Assembly (NCBI GenBank): GCA_043824255.1
Contig: JBDRTG010000008.1
Coordinates: 1 to 49,842 of the forward strand
DNA length: 49,842 nt
Source: a bacterium
Lineage (GTDB): Bacteria > JAHJDO01
Direction of reading: 5' to 3'
Made by a program: the position numbers and the translations under genes. Below, one piece after another: positions 9,411 to 20,230 of the stretch. A model generated the notes under the pieces. The model searched no databases, was not told the DNA's origin, and saw only the letters and a program-made list of their open reading frames with translations. Each line of letters opens with the position of its first letter. Position 1 is the stretch's first letter.

Positions 9411-9680
9411 ATGATAACTGTTAAGGAAAATACTACGTTTGTAGGGGTTTCGGAGCTCAGGTCAGGGATTGAGAAAATACTTAAAAAAGCGCATAAAGGA
9501 CTTGTGATTATCGAAAAAAGACATAAACCAGCTGCTGTTATTATGTCAAATGAAGAATATGAACATATTCAGCATGTATTAGACACTGCCGAAGATCTTG
9601 TTCTCGGCTTCATTGCTGATAAACGCTACAAGAGCGGCACGGCTGGGAATTATATTGATATTGAAACCCTTCTGAAATAA
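9411..9680 (+). CDS. Phd/YefM family antitoxin
   Basis: VSELR...VIIEKRHKPAAVIMS.EEYE pattern; lies upstream of a RelE-like gene. Confidence 0.85.
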   Translation: MITVKENTTFVGVSELRSGIEKILKKAHKGLVIIEKRHKPAAVIMSNEEYEHIQHVLDTAEDLVLGFIADKRYKSGTAGNYIDIETLLK

Positions 9681-9693
9681 TTTAGTGATTGCG

Positions 9694-9984
9694 ATGTGGA
9701 AGATAAAGATTCATCATCTTGTTCTCAAAGAAGATTTTAAGAAAATAGATATGCATGACCATTCCGTTATTCTCAAAACAATCTACAAAAAATTAAGTAT
9801 TGAGCCGGAAAAATATGGAGCTCCTCTTCGCGGTAACTTGAAAGGATATTGGAAATTAAAAATATCACATTACCGGGTTGTGTATCGTATAGAAAAGAAA
9901 TTAATTCAAGTTCTAGTTTTAAAAGTCGGCATGCGTAGAGACGAAGAAGTTTATAAAGAAATGTTTCGTCGAATAAAAAAATAA
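9694..9984 (+). CDS. RelE/ParE family toxin
   Basis: P..YG.PLRGNLKGYWKLKI..YRVVY.I...V.VLKVG.R; basic, ~96 aa. Confidence 0.9.
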   Translation: MWKIKIHHLVLKEDFKKIDMHDHSVILKTIYKKLSIEPEKYGAPLRGNLKGYWKLKISHYRVVYRIEKKLIQVLVLKVGMRRDEEVYKEMFRRIKK

Positions 9985-9994
9985 AGGATTTACT

Positions 9995-10552
9995 ATGATA
10001 TCAATAACTAATATTAAAAACGGCAATGTGATAAAACTGAACGGGGAGTTGTTTACAGTTATATATTTTCAGCATGTTAAGCCAGGTAAAGGTGGAGCGT
10101 TTGTCAGAACAAAATTTAAAAATTTCAAGACAGGTGCAGTGACAGATAAGACCTTCAGGGCTGGAGAGAGTGTAGAGGATGTCCGTATCGAGGAAAAGAA
10201 GCTGCAGTATATTTATAATTCAGGAGACGATTACTATTTTATGGATCTTAAGACATACGAACAAATGCCAATAAGCAGGGAAATCATAGGTGAGAGTGCA
10301 GAATTTCTCAAAGAGGAATGCGAGTTAACAGGCATCTACTGTGAAGACAAACTTGTTAATGTGGAAATGCCAAATTTTGTAAACTTAAAAGTTACCAACA
10401 CAGCACCCGGCAAGAAGGGAGATACAGCTTCAGGTGGATCTAAGCCTGCAACTCTTGAGACAGGGGCTGTTATACAAGTTCCCGTTTTTATAAACCAGGG
10501 CGATATACTAAAAATTGACACAAGAAGTCGAAACTATATTGAGAGAGTTTAG
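9995..10552 (+). CDS. efp: Elongation factor P
   Basis: HVKPGKGGAFVR, KPATLETG, VPVFI..GD. Confidence 0.98.
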   Translation: MISITNIKNGNVIKLNGELFTVIYFQHVKPGKGGAFVRTKFKNFKTGAVTDKTFRAGESVEDVRIEEKKLQYIYNSGDDYYFMDLKTYEQMPISREIIGESAEFLKEECELTGIYCEDKLVNVEMPNFVNLKVTNTAPGKKGDTASGGSKPATLETGAVIQVPVFINQGDILKIDTRSRNYIERV

Positions 10553-10562
10553 CCCTTTTATT

Positions 10563-10591
10563 TTGACAAATATTGGTTGAAACAATATAAT
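10563..10591 (+). promoter_or_regulatory. Consensus sigma70 promoter upstream of accB
   Basis: TTGACA-17 bp-TATAAT, perfect consensus. Confidence 0.85.
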
Positions 10592-10612
10592 CCAGAGGTA
10601 AGGAGGCGAATA

Positions 10613-11056
10613 ATGAATATTAAAGAGTTAAAGGAAATTATTGCGATGTTCCAAGAGGCGGATATAGAAGAGCTTGAAGTAGAGAGAGAGGATGCAAAAA
10701 TCAGACTTAAGCGTCACTCAGAGCCTGAAGTGAGGCATATAATGGCACAACCACATACATCAGTTGCAGAATCAATAAGACACGATATAGGCAAAGTTGA
10801 GGAGAAAAATGAAGGGCTTGTTGAGATTAAAACTCCAATGGTGGGTACATTTTATAAGGCACCAGCTCCAGATGCAGCCCCATTTGTTGATGTTGATGCA
10901 AAGGTAATTGAAGATACAGTTGTATGTGTAATTGAAGCAATGAAGTTGATGAATGAAATAAAGGCTGATGTTAAAGGACGGATAGTAAAGATACTTGTTG
11001 ATAATGGTCAGCCTGTAGAGTTTGGACAGACTTTGTTTCTAGTAAAACCAGAGTAG
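10613..11056 (+). CDS. accB: Biotin carboxyl carrier protein
   Basis: [27 protein letters not shown] before ATG 10613. Confidence 0.97.
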   Translation: MNIKELKEIIAMFQEADIEELEVEREDAKIRLKRHSEPEVRHIMAQPHTSVAESIRHDIGKVEEKNEGLVEIKTPMVGTFYKAPAPDAAPFVDVDAKVIEDTVVCVIEAMKLMNEIKADVKGRIVKILVDNGQPVEFGQTLFLVKPE

Positions 11057-11070
11057 GGATTTTTAGTTAT

Positions 11071-12423
11071 ATGTTTTCTAAAATACTAATTGCAAATAGG
11101 GGCGAGATAGCTGTCAGGATTATAAGGGCGTGTAAGGAGCTTGGTATAAAAACTGTTGCTGTTTACTCTGATGTAGACGGGGATTCTCTACATGTACAGT
11201 ACGCAGATGAGGCAATATGCATAGGGCCTGCTTCCTCAAAGGATAGTTATTTAAATATACCGAGTATAATCAGTGCTGCTGAAATAGCAGATGTTGAGGC
11301 AATACATCCTGGATATGGATTCCTTGCAGAGAACGCACATTTTGCTGAGATATGCAAATCGTGTCAGATAAAGTTCATAGGCCCTTCACCCGAGACAATG
11401 CGTTTGATGGGCAATAAGTCAGAGGCGTTACAGACTATGAAAAAGGCAGGATTACCAATTATGCCCGGGAGTAACGGGATTATAAAAGACAAAGAGGAAG
11501 CAGTGGAAGTGGCAAAGAAAATAGGATATCCCGTAATGATAAAAGCTTCTGCCGGAGGTGGTGGCAGGGGCATGAGAATAGCCCATAATGATGGTAAGCT
11601 GGTGAGCCTGCTTATGACTGCACAGGCAGAAGCAAATGCAGCATTTGGAAATTCAGATATATATATTGAAAAGTATCTGGAAGAGCCAAAGCATGTAGAA
11701 TTTCAGATATTAGGCGATGACTTTGGAAATATTATACATCTTGGAGAAAGAGACTGTACAGTCCAGCGCAGACATCAAAAATTAGTAGAAGAATCTCCGG
11801 CTCCAGCAGTAACAGACGAATTGAGAGCAAAAATGGGAGATATGGCTGTAAAAGGAGCAACGCAGGTAAATTACACAAGTGCTGGGACTATGGAGTTTTT
11901 GCTTGGCAAAAATGGAAGATTCTACTTTATGGAAATGAATACAAGGCTGCAGGTAGAGCATCCAGTAACAGAGCTTGTAACTGGTGTTGATATTGTAAAG
12001 GAACAGATAAAAATAGCTGCTGGAGAAAAATTACAATATACGCAGGATAGCATACAGCGACGTGGATGGGCAATAGAATGCAGAATAAATGCTGAAGATG
12101 TTAAAAATAAATTTTTGCCATCGCCAGGTGTGATTACAGGTTATCATTCCCCGGGTGGTCCTGGAATAAGAGTAGACAGTTACGTGTATAATAGCTACTC
12201 TATACAGCCGTTTTACGATTCATTAATAAGTAAATTAATTGTGCTGGCAGAGGATAGAAGTCAAGCCATTGAAAGAATGCAGAGGGCATTGGATGAATAT
12301 ATAATAAATGGCATAAAAACAACTATTGATTTTCACAAACTGGTTTTTAGCGACCCTGCTTTCCAAAAAGGAGTTATATCCACTGATTTTGTGGAAAATT
12401 TATTAAAAAAAGAGCAAAAATGA
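11071..12423 (+). CDS. accC: Biotin carboxylase
   Basis: [37 protein letters not shown]. Confidence 0.98.
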   Translation: MFSKILIANRGEIAVRIIRACKELGIKTVAVYSDVDGDSLHVQYADEAICIGPASSKDSYLNIPSIISAAEIADVEAIHPGYGFLAENAHFAEICKSCQIKFIGPSPETMRLMGNKSEALQTMKKAGLPIMPGSNGIIKDKEEAVEVAKKIGYPVMIKASAGGGGRGMRIAHNDGKLVSLLMTAQAEANAAFGNSDIYIEKYLEEPKHVEFQILGDDFGNIIHLGERDCTVQRRHQKLVEESPAPAVTDELRAKMGDMAVKGATQVNYTSAGTMEFLLGKNGRFYFMEMNTRLQVEHPVTELVTGVDIVKEQIKIAAGEKLQYTQDSIQRRGWAIECRINAEDVKNKFLPSPGVITGYHSPGGPGIRVDSYVYNSYSIQPFYDSLISKLIVLAEDRSQAIERMQRALDEYIINGIKTTIDFHKLVFSDPAFQKGVISTDFVENLLKKEQK

Positions 12424-12839
12424 AGGGAGATGTTATGGAAGAAGAACGAGAAGTAAAAAATGGGTTAGGAACAGTTAGGATAAACAATGAAGTAGTAGCA
12501 GTCATTGCAGGTATGGCGGCTACAGAGATTCCTGGCGTTACCTGTATGAGCGAGGGTATTGTTGGAGGCATTACGGAGATATTTGGTAAAAAAGGCGCGG
12601 ACAAAGGTGTGAAAGTAGAGATTGGAGAAAAAGAGGTTAACATTACACTGGCTATTGTTGTTAAGTACGGGGTGCAGATTCCTGAAGTGGCTCTGCAGAT
12701 TCAGCAAAATGTGAAGAAGCAGGTTGAGAAAATGAGCGGACTTTCCGTATCAAAGGTCAATATTAATGTGGGAGGTATTCATTTCCCTAAAGAGAAAAAA
12801 GAGCCTGTCAAACAGGACAAAGTAAAGGAGAAGAAATGA
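12420..12839 (+). CDS. Asp23/Gls24 family envelope stress protein
   Basis: G.V.I..EVVA.IAG.AA.EI.GV, KGVKVE, YG..IPEVA..IQ..VK..VE.M.GL.V..VNI.V. Confidence 0.93.
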   Translation: MKGDVMEEEREVKNGLGTVRINNEVVAVIAGMAATEIPGVTCMSEGIVGGITEIFGKKGADKGVKVEIGEKEVNITLAIVVKYGVQIPEVALQIQQNVKKQVEKMSGLSVSKVNINVGGIHFPKEKKEPVKQDKVKEKK

Positions 12840-13408
12840 GTGATCAAGGAATAGGAACTAGATTAATTGCAGCATTTTCGGTTCTTGTGCTTTTAATTGT
12901 TGGGTCGCTTCTTGTTATGTTTTATATTTCGCCACAATTCTTTATTGAAGGCGCTCATAAAGCACTTGAAGAATTTCATGCTGACAAAGATATACAGATG
13001 GCTCTTGGCTGTATAGGAGCATTGTTTGTGCTTTTAAGTATAATTCAGATTTGTGTCTCGTGTTTCAGGTTGAGGAAAGAGCAGGTGTTTTCATTTGAGA
13101 ATTCTAATGGGAAAGTAAAGGTTGCATTTAGCGCCATAGAAGGGTTCGTAAGAAGACGAGGATTAGAGATTAAGGAAATAAAAGATCTTATTCCAAAGGT
13201 TTATATAACTAAAAACGGTTTGCAAATAAAGAGTAAGGTGATATTAAAATCAGATGTAGATATTCCATCCTCTACCAGTAAACTGCAAGAGTCTATAAAA
13301 AACTATGTGGGTGATGTACTTGGTATTAAGGATCTTACCTCCGTAGAAATATATGTGACTAAAATAGCCAAGTCTGAGACCAAGAGAGCTGAAGAGGACA
13401 TTAAGTGA
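12836..13408 (+). CDS. AmaP-like membrane anchor protein
   Basis: Two N-terminal TM helices followed by an Asp23-like domain (NG.V.V...AIE); adjacent to asp23. Confidence 0.75.
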   Translation: MSDQGIGTRLIAAFSVLVLLIVGSLLVMFYISPQFFIEGAHKALEEFHADKDIQMALGCIGALFVLLSIIQICVSCFRLRKEQVFSFENSNGKVKVAFSAIEGFVRRRGLEIKEIKDLIPKVYITKNGLQIKSKVILKSDVDIPSSTSKLQESIKNYVGDVLGIKDLTSVEIYVTKIAKSETKRAEEDIK

Positions 13409-14637
13409 TAAAAGATTCAAGATTTCCGAAATGTTCTTTTTGCGGTAAGGCGCAAATGGAGGTGGACAAGCTTGTTGCAGGAACAAATGCTTATATTTGT
13501 GATGAGTGCATTCTTCTGTGCAATAATATACTGAAACAGGGACAGAAACATCGTAGTGATGATGAGGAAAGAGAAATTTCTATACCAAAGCCTGTAAATA
13601 TAAAAAAGGCGTTGGATCAATATATTGTTGGTCAGGAAAAAGCAAAAAAAATTCTGGCTGTGGCGGTTCATAATCACTATAAAAGGATAAAAGCCAGTGC
13701 TAAATTAGATGATGTTGAATTGGAGAAGAGCAATGTTCTTCTTATTGGGCCTACCGGATGTGGAAAGACTCTGCTTGCCAGGACCTTGGCAAGAATCATT
13801 AATGTTCCGTTTGCTATTGCAGATGCAACAACTCTTACTGAAGCAGGGTATGTTGGAGAAGATGTTGAGAACATAATTCTGAAGCTCCTCCATGCAGCAG
13901 ACTTTAATGTAAAAAAAGCTGAAAGAGGCATTATCTACATAGATGAAATAGATAAAATTGCTCGTACCACGGATAATATATCTATTACCAGAGACGTTTC
14001 AGGAGAGGGTGTACAGCAGTCCTTGCTTAAATTAGTCGAAGGCAGTGTTGCAAACATCCCTCCGCAGGGAGGAAGAAAACATCCTCAGCAGAAGTATATT
14101 CAAGTAAATACATCCAATATACTATTCATTTGCGGAGGCACATTTAATAGTTTGGATAAAATAGTCCAGGCAAGGGCAGGAAAAGGCACTATTGGGTTTA
14201 GAGGTAGTTCAAGAGCGGAAAAACAGGATATGTTAAAAAACTTACTGCCGGAGGATTTAATAAAGTTTGGATTAATTCCTGAATTTGTTGGCAGACTGCC
14301 TATAATAGGGATCCTGAATAAATTGGATAAATCAGCTCTCATAGATATATTGATTAAACCTAAGAATGCGTTAACAAAGCAATTTAAAAAGTTTTTCTCA
14401 ATGGAAAATGTGAAATTAACTTTTACAAAAGAAGCAATTTCTCTTATTGCTGAGCAAGCTGTTAAACTTGGTACAGGCGCTAGAGGACTGCGTTCTGTAA
14501 TAGAAGATGTTATGCTCGAGATTATGTATGATATTCCTTCAAGAGAAGATGTTGAAGAATGTATTATATCTGGAGATGTGATCAATAAAAAAATCCCGCC
14601 TGTTATTATAACCGGAAAGAAAACAAAAATTGCCTGA
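13405..14637 (+). CDS. clpX: ATP-dependent Clp protease ATP-binding subunit
   Basis: CSFCG..ICDEC zinc finger, [26 protein letters not shown] loop. Confidence 0.97.
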   Translation: MIKDSRFPKCSFCGKAQMEVDKLVAGTNAYICDECILLCNNILKQGQKHRSDDEEREISIPKPVNIKKALDQYIVGQEKAKKILAVAVHNHYKRIKASAKLDDVELEKSNVLLIGPTGCGKTLLARTLARIINVPFAIADATTLTEAGYVGEDVENIILKLLHAADFNVKKAERGIIYIDEIDKIARTTDNISITRDVSGEGVQQSLLKLVEGSVANIPPQGGRKHPQQKYIQVNTSNILFICGGTFNSLDKIVQARAGKGTIGFRGSSRAEKQDMLKNLLPEDLIKFGLIPEFVGRLPIIGILNKLDKSALIDILIKPKNALTKQFKKFFSMENVKLTFTKEAISLIAEQAVKLGTGARGLRSVIEDVMLEIMYDIPSREDVEECIISGDVINKKIPPVIITGKKTKIA

Positions 14638-16939
14638 TAGATTCCCTCTTATTCCCATCAGAGATATTGTTGTGCTTCCATATATGATAGTCCCGTTATG
14701 GATTGCCAGAAGCAAGTCTATTCTTGCTGTAGAAAAAGCTATGGCAGGCTCAAAGAAGGTCTTATTAGTAGCGCAAAAGAATGCTCATATAGAGGATCCA
14801 AACCCTGAAGATATATACGAAGTTGGAACAATTGGAGAAATCCTGCAGGTGGTGAAAAATCCTGACGGGTCTATTAAAGTATTGATAGAAGGCACAAATA
14901 GAGCAAAAATAATAAGATATGTCAATACAAGAGGAATATTTGAGGTAAAAACAGAAAAGATAAAAGAACCCTCCGAAAAGACGCCAGAAATAGAAGCCTT
15001 GATGAGAACAGTTATAAAATTATTTCAGAAGTATGGAGAATTAAATCCTAAAATACCCAGAGAGTTTCTGGGCTCACTTAATGATCTCAATCAGCCTGGT
15101 AGATTAGTGGATGTAATTGCTTCTCATATTGCAGTCAAAATGGAAGCCAAACAACAGATTCTGGAATCCTTTCAGCATGAAGACAGATTGAGAAAAATAA
15201 TAGAAATACTTATGGGAGAGGTAGAGATTCTTGGTGTTGAGAAGAAGATCCAGGGGCGAGTTACAGAACAGATTGGTAAAACACAAAAGCAGTTTTATCT
15301 GCAGGAGCAGATGAAAGCGATAGAAAAAGAGCTGGGGAAAGGCTCAAAAGATGGAGACGAGTTTGCTGAGCTTAAAGCAAAAATAAAAGAAGTTAAGATG
15401 ACAAAAGAGGCTGAAGAGAAAGCAAATAAAGAACTTGGAAAGCTGGCAAAGATGCACTCAATGTCTCCGGAGGCAACTGTAATTCGTAATTATCTGGACT
15501 GGCTGATTGGGGTTCCATGGAGCAAAGAAACACAGGATAAATTGAACATAAAAAAGAGTGAGGAAATTCTCAACCAGGATCATTATGGACTGGAAAAGGC
15601 TAAGGAAAGGATACTGGAATTTCTGGCGGTAAGAAAGTTAGTAAAGAAGCTTAAAGGCCCAATACTTTGCTTTGTAGGACCACCTGGCGTTGGAAAAACA
15701 TCTCTGGGAAGGTCCATTGCTCGTGCATTGGGGAGAAAGTTCATAAGGGTTTCCCTTGGCGGAGTAAGAGATGAAGCGGAGATTAGAGGACATAGACGAA
15801 CATATATAGGAGCTCTGCCTGGGAAGATAATCCAATCACTCCGAAAAGTCGGTAGTAGAAATCCAGTCTTTCTACTTGATGAGGTTGATAAAATGAGCGT
15901 TGATTTTCGCGGGGATCCGTCTTCGGCATTGCTTGAAGTACTAGACCCTGAACAGAATCATGAATTTAATGATCACTATCTTGAAGTGGATTTTGATCTT
16001 TCGAATGTATTATTTATAGCAACGGCAAATGTTATTCATAATATCCCTCCTACACTACTTGATCGTTTTGAAGTAATAAATTTTTCAGGCTATACAGAGA
16101 TAGAGCAGGTAAAAATAGCAAACCAGTTTTTAATAACAAAACAGCTAAAAGCCAATGGGTTGAATGGTAACTTGCTTGAAATTTCAGATAAAACCATTCT
16201 CAGTATAGTAAGACACTATACACGCGAAGCTGGAGTGAGGAATTTGGAGAGAGAGATTGCATCTATATGTAGAAAAACAGCAAAACTGATTGTTGAAAAA
16301 AAGAGGACAAAAAAAATAAAAGTACTTCCGGGTAATCTTTCTGATTTTCTGGGAAATAAAAAATTCAGATATAATAAAGGAGAGGAAAAAGAAGAAATTG
16401 GAGTTGTCACTGGTCTTGCATGGACAGAGGTTGGAGGCGAGATATTATCAATAGAGGTTGCTGTAATGGCTGGAAAAGGAGAGCTTATTTTAACAGGTCA
16501 GTTAGGAGATGTTATGAAGGAGTCCGGCCAGGCATCGCTCAGTTTTATTCGCTCTAAAGCAAAAGAACTTGGTCTGGCAAAGAATTTCTATAAGAACATT
16601 GACATACATATTCATGTTCCTGAAGGAGGCATCCCAAAGGATGGGCCTTCTGCAGGTGTTGCAATGGCAGTTTCTCTGGCTTCTGCACTTACCAAGAAAC
16701 CCGTTAAGAAGGATATTGCCATGACAGGAGAAATAACGCTCAGGGGAAACGTCCTGCCGGTAGGAGGTATAAAATCCAAAGTTCTGGCAGCTCACAGGAG
16801 CAATATAAAGACAGTTATTCTGCCGCAGGAAAATAAAAAGGATCTTGATGATATTCCTTTAAATGTAAGAAAAAAAATAAGATTTATTTTTGTAAAAGAT
16901 ACTGATCAGATCTTTAAAAAAGTAGGGATTTTAAAATAA
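14630..16939 (+). CDS. lon: Lon protease
   Basis: [35 protein letters not shown]. Confidence 0.98.
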   Translation: MPDRFPLIPIRDIVVLPYMIVPLWIARSKSILAVEKAMAGSKKVLLVAQKNAHIEDPNPEDIYEVGTIGEILQVVKNPDGSIKVLIEGTNRAKIIRYVNTRGIFEVKTEKIKEPSEKTPEIEALMRTVIKLFQKYGELNPKIPREFLGSLNDLNQPGRLVDVIASHIAVKMEAKQQILESFQHEDRLRKIIEILMGEVEILGVEKKIQGRVTEQIGKTQKQFYLQEQMKAIEKELGKGSKDGDEFAELKAKIKEVKMTKEAEEKANKELGKLAKMHSMSPEATVIRNYLDWLIGVPWSKETQDKLNIKKSEEILNQDHYGLEKAKERILEFLAVRKLVKKLKGPILCFVGPPGVGKTSLGRSIARALGRKFIRVSLGGVRDEAEIRGHRRTYIGALPGKIIQSLRKVGSRNPVFLLDEVDKMSVDFRGDPSSALLEVLDPEQNHEFNDHYLEVDFDLSNVLFIATANVIHNIPPTLLDRFEVINFSGYTEIEQVKIANQFLITKQLKANGLNGNLLEISDKTILSIVRHYTREAGVRNLEREIASICRKTAKLIVEKKRTKKIKVLPGNLSDFLGNKKFRYNKGEEKEEIGVVTGLAWTEVGGEILSIEVAVMAGKGELILTGQLGDVMKESGQASLSFIRSKAKELGLAKNFYKNIDIHIHVPEGGIPKDGPSAGVAMAVSLASALTKKPVKKDIAMTGEITLRGNVLPVGGIKSKVLAAHRSNIKTVILPQENKKDLDDIPLNVRKKIRFIFVKDTDQIFKKVGILK

Positions 16940-16953
16940 GCGAAAGGATTATA

Positions 16954-18837
16954 ATGCAAGAGAAATATACTGAGTTACTTAAGAAAAAATGCACAGAAAC
17001 AAGTTATAGAAAGCTAATGGCATTGGATAATGCGAAACTTCATGATTTTGTTGGAAAGTATGCAGAGCTTTGTAATCCTGATTCGGTTTTTGTTGGCGAC
17101 GATTCTGATGAGGATGCTCAATATATAAGGAACAAGGCATTAGAAATCGGAGAGGAAAAAAAGCTTGCAATTCAGGGACATACAATTCATTACGACGGTT
17201 ACAATGATCAGGCGCGTGATAAGGCGCAAACTAAATATCTTCTTTCTGCGGGAATGAAGCTCGGGGCCAGTCTCAACACAATAGACAAAGAAGCAGGACT
17301 TGGAGAAGTCCATGAATATTTGAAGAACAGTATGGCTGGAAAGGAGATGCTGGTTTTGTTTTTCTGTCTTGGTCCAACTAATTCTGAATTTTCTATACAG
17401 TGTGTTCAGATAACTGATTCCAGTTATGTTGCGCATTCAGAACATATTCTCTATAGGAGAGGATACAAACAGTTTGCGCGAATCGGCAATTCTGAGGATT
17501 TTTTCAGGATTATGCATAGTGCCGGTGCTCTGGAAAATATGGTAAGCAAAGACGTAGACAAACGCAGAGTATATATAGATCTTGAGGAGAACATTGTATA
17601 CAGCACAAATACCCAATACGCAGGTAACACAGTTGGACTTAAAAAGCTCTCTCTAAGGCTTGCTATTCACAAGGCATCAGGAGAAGACTGGCTTGCTGAA
17701 CACATGTTAGTTATGGGGGTGCATGGTCCGGATGGAAGAGTTACCTATTTCACAGGAGCTTATCCAAGCGCCTGCGGTAAAACATCAACTGCTATGATGA
17801 GAGGGGAGAGCATTGTAGGTGATGATATAGCATATTTAAGGCAGAGGAATGGCAAGGTCTATGCAGTAAATGTTGAGAGCGGAATATTCGGAATTATTCA
17901 GAATGTTAATGCAAAGGATGATCCTTTGATATGGGAAGTTTTAACCTCCCCTAATGAAGTGATCTTCTCTAATGTTCTTGTAACAGAAGATAAAACTCCT
18001 TTTTGGCTTGGAGACGGTAGAGAGATACCTGAAAAAGGGATTAATCATTCAGGACAATGGGTAAAAGGGAAAAAAGATTCAAAATGCGCTGAGATTACAC
18101 ATTCTCATAAGAATGCAAGATATACAGTTACGCTTCGTTCTCTTAAAAATCTGGATTCTAAACTGGATGATGCTCAGGGAGCAGAAACAAAAGGAATAAT
18201 CTACGGCGGAAGAGATTCAAGTACATGGTCTCCTGTTCAGCAGTCTTTTGATTGGGCGCATGGAGTAATAACAATGGGAGCATCTCTGGAATCAGAGACA
18301 ACGTCTGCAACATTAGGAAAGGAAGGTGTCAGAGAGTTTAATCCTATGTCTAATCTCGATTTTGTTTCCGTTTCACTTGGCAGATATATCAGCAATCATC
18401 TTAAATTCGCAGATTCCCTGGATTCTCCGCCTGCGATTTTTGCAGCCAATTATTTTCTTAAAGATAAAGCAACCGCTGAATATGTGACAGGTATGCAGGA
18501 TAAGCGTGTATGGATTAAATGGATGGAATTGCGTGTTAATAATGATGTGGATACAATTAAAACTTCCACAGGTTATATCCCCAAATATGAGGACCTTAAA
18601 AAATTATTCAAACAGGTTCTTGATACCAATTACGCAGAAGAAGACTATATAAAGCAGTTCACTTTGAGAATACCCGAAAATCTTCAAAAAATAGAAAGAA
18701 TCACAGAGATATATAAAACAAAGGTCTCAGATACTCCGGATATTCTTTTTAGTACTCTTGAAGAGCAGAAGAAACGGCTGAAATCTGCACAGGAAAAATA
18801 CGGGGATTATGTAGCTCCAGAGATTTTCTGCAAGTAA
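16954..18837 (+). CDS. pckG: Phosphoenolpyruvate carboxykinase (GTP)
   Basis: WLAEHM, AYPSACGKT, VGDDIA, IIYGGR, NPMSN. Confidence 0.95.
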   Translation: MQEKYTELLKKKCTETSYRKLMALDNAKLHDFVGKYAELCNPDSVFVGDDSDEDAQYIRNKALEIGEEKKLAIQGHTIHYDGYNDQARDKAQTKYLLSAGMKLGASLNTIDKEAGLGEVHEYLKNSMAGKEMLVLFFCLGPTNSEFSIQCVQITDSSYVAHSEHILYRRGYKQFARIGNSEDFFRIMHSAGALENMVSKDVDKRRVYIDLEENIVYSTNTQYAGNTVGLKKLSLRLAIHKASGEDWLAEHMLVMGVHGPDGRVTYFTGAYPSACGKTSTAMMRGESIVGDDIAYLRQRNGKVYAVNVESGIFGIIQNVNAKDDPLIWEVLTSPNEVIFSNVLVTEDKTPFWLGDGREIPEKGINHSGQWVKGKKDSKCAEITHSHKNARYTVTLRSLKNLDSKLDDAQGAETKGIIYGGRDSSTWSPVQQSFDWAHGVITMGASLESETTSATLGKEGVREFNPMSNLDFVSVSLGRYISNHLKFADSLDSPPAIFAANYFLKDKATAEYVTGMQDKRVWIKWMELRVNNDVDTIKTSTGYIPKYEDLKKLFKQVLDTNYAEEDYIKQFTLRIPENLQKIERITEIYKTKVSDTPDILFSTLEEQKKRLKSAQEKYGDYVAPEIFCK

Positions 18838-18852
18838 TGCAGGTATGTTTCC

Positions 18853-18929
18853 TGAACCGACGAGGCGACGAGGTAAACCGACGATTTAAATCGTCGGTTC
18901 AGATCGTCAGTTCAAATCGCGTCGGTTCA
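18853..18929. repeat. Cluster of nested REP-like palindromes upstream of the Y1 transposase
   Basis: Perfect palindrome AACCGACGATTTAAATCGTCGGTT (18876-18899) inside an outer inverted repeat TGAACCGACG (18853-18862) / CGTCGGTTCA (18920-18929), plus partial units. Confidence 0.85.
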
Positions 18930-18953
18930 AACTATGACAAAACAAGCTAAAAA

Positions 18954-19454
18954 ATGTCTAAGTTCCATTTACTAACATTTGAGACAAAATACTCTCGTAA
19001 AAGAAGCAATAAAAAAGGTGAAGAGGCTGTTATTTTGGTTGATAAAGAAAGATGTTTGCTGGCAAAGTGCATTGTTGAGTCAGTAAAAAAACTTGACATT
19101 AAACTTCTCGCAGGAACAGTCTTGCCAGATCATGTTCATTTAGTAATTGCTGATATGGGAAAGGATATTCAGAATATCGCGAAGCAGATAAAAGGGGCAT
19201 CGGCTCATGAGGTAAACCGACGATTTAAATCGTCGGTTCAATGCAATGGATATCAGCAAAGCCTCTGGTCAAAAGGATATAACGATTCATTTCTCGATGA
19301 CGAAGACCATCTTTTCAATGCTATTGAATATGTGAACAATAATTATCTCAAACATGAAGAAAGATGGGGAGAAATAGAGGTATCTAAAATACAAAAGGTT
19401 TTTGAGCCCATATTGTATGATAGGAAGAATTTCAGATGGGATGACTTTGAATAA
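18954..19454 (+). mobile_element. Y1 HUH transposase (IS200/IS605 TnpA or RAYT-like)
   Basis: PDHVHLV (HUH), IKGASA, LWSKGY, AIEYVNNN (catalytic Tyr); no tnpB nearby. Confidence 0.88.
19209..19240. repeat. Second palindrome copy, inside the transposase gene
   Basis: GAGGTAAACCGACGATTTAAATCGTCGGTTCA, identical to 18870-18901. Confidence 0.9.
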
Positions 19455-19589
19455 AAGTGTTATAATTGTAATGAAAAATATAAACAATTGTTTATATGCC
19501 GTCAATTTGGTGGTGTAAGGAAAATGAGTATATATGAGTGGTATGCCTTCTACAAAGAGAAATAGAATAAATTAATAACAAAAGATATC

Positions 19590-20168
19590 ATGCTCGGTAG
19601 AAATAATAATCCCAAACTAAGAGAAGAACTTCAAAAAATCACCGAAAATGAGAACAATCATGGCTACAATCTTAGCAATCAGATAAATTTAATTAACGAT
19701 TTGGCAAAAACATACCCACACTCAATTGAAATTGTTGAAGAGGCAAAACAAAAAATTGATAATACATGGCGATATAACTGTTACATGTTTACCTTTGATC
19801 TGCGAAATAAAAACGAACTAAGTGATGTTAGTCTGTGTATATATAAAATTTTTCCTGATTCTCAATTTGTAAGCTATCTTATAAAAAATCATCTAACCGA
19901 AATCAGTCCTGAAGAGGTAAGAGATGGAGACTATGTTATCTATTTTGAACATAACCAACCAAAACACGCAGGAAAATTAAGTGGTGAAAAAGTAGTTTCA
20001 AAATGGGGTACTGCCCATCGTTGGAGCCATGGATTATATGAAGTGTCCTTAAATTGCGGTGATGCTACGAAATTTTTTAAACAAATTACTCCGGAGCAAT
20101 CCCTTAAAATATACTTAGAATGGGCAAATCAGAAAAAAGAGAACATAGAAAAGGAAAGCAAACCGTAA
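19590..20168 (+). CDS. Hypothetical protein, possible papain-like Cys/His fold
   Basis: YNC..F, GD.VIY, KHAGK, SKWG pattern; fold is an inference. Confidence 0.6.
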   Translation: MLGRNNNPKLREELQKITENENNHGYNLSNQINLINDLAKTYPHSIEIVEEAKQKIDNTWRYNCYMFTFDLRNKNELSDVSLCIYKIFPDSQFVSYLIKNHLTEISPEEVRDGDYVIYFEHNQPKHAGKLSGEKVVSKWGTAHRWSHGLYEVSLNCGDATKFFKQITPEQSLKIYLEWANQKKENIEKESKP

Positions 20169-20179
20169 AAAAGAACGCA

Positions 20180-20206
20180 AGATTGCTTCACTTCGTTTGC
20201 AATGAC
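20180..20206. repeat. Intergenic repeat copy AGATTGCTTCACTTCGTTTGCAATGAC
   Basis: Two mismatches relative to 5901-5927. Confidence 0.7.
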
Positions 20207-20230
20207 AGAAGGATATTTTAGGATAACAGC

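Noticed and set aside
13405..16939. clpX-lon without an adjacent clpP
   Set aside because: ClpX keeps its IGF loop and clpP is often encoded elsewhere; not informative from one window.
18853..18929. CRISPR array
   Set aside because: Units are nested partial palindromes without regular unique spacers, and there are no cas genes. The Cas4-like domain in the DUF2779 protein is not enough.
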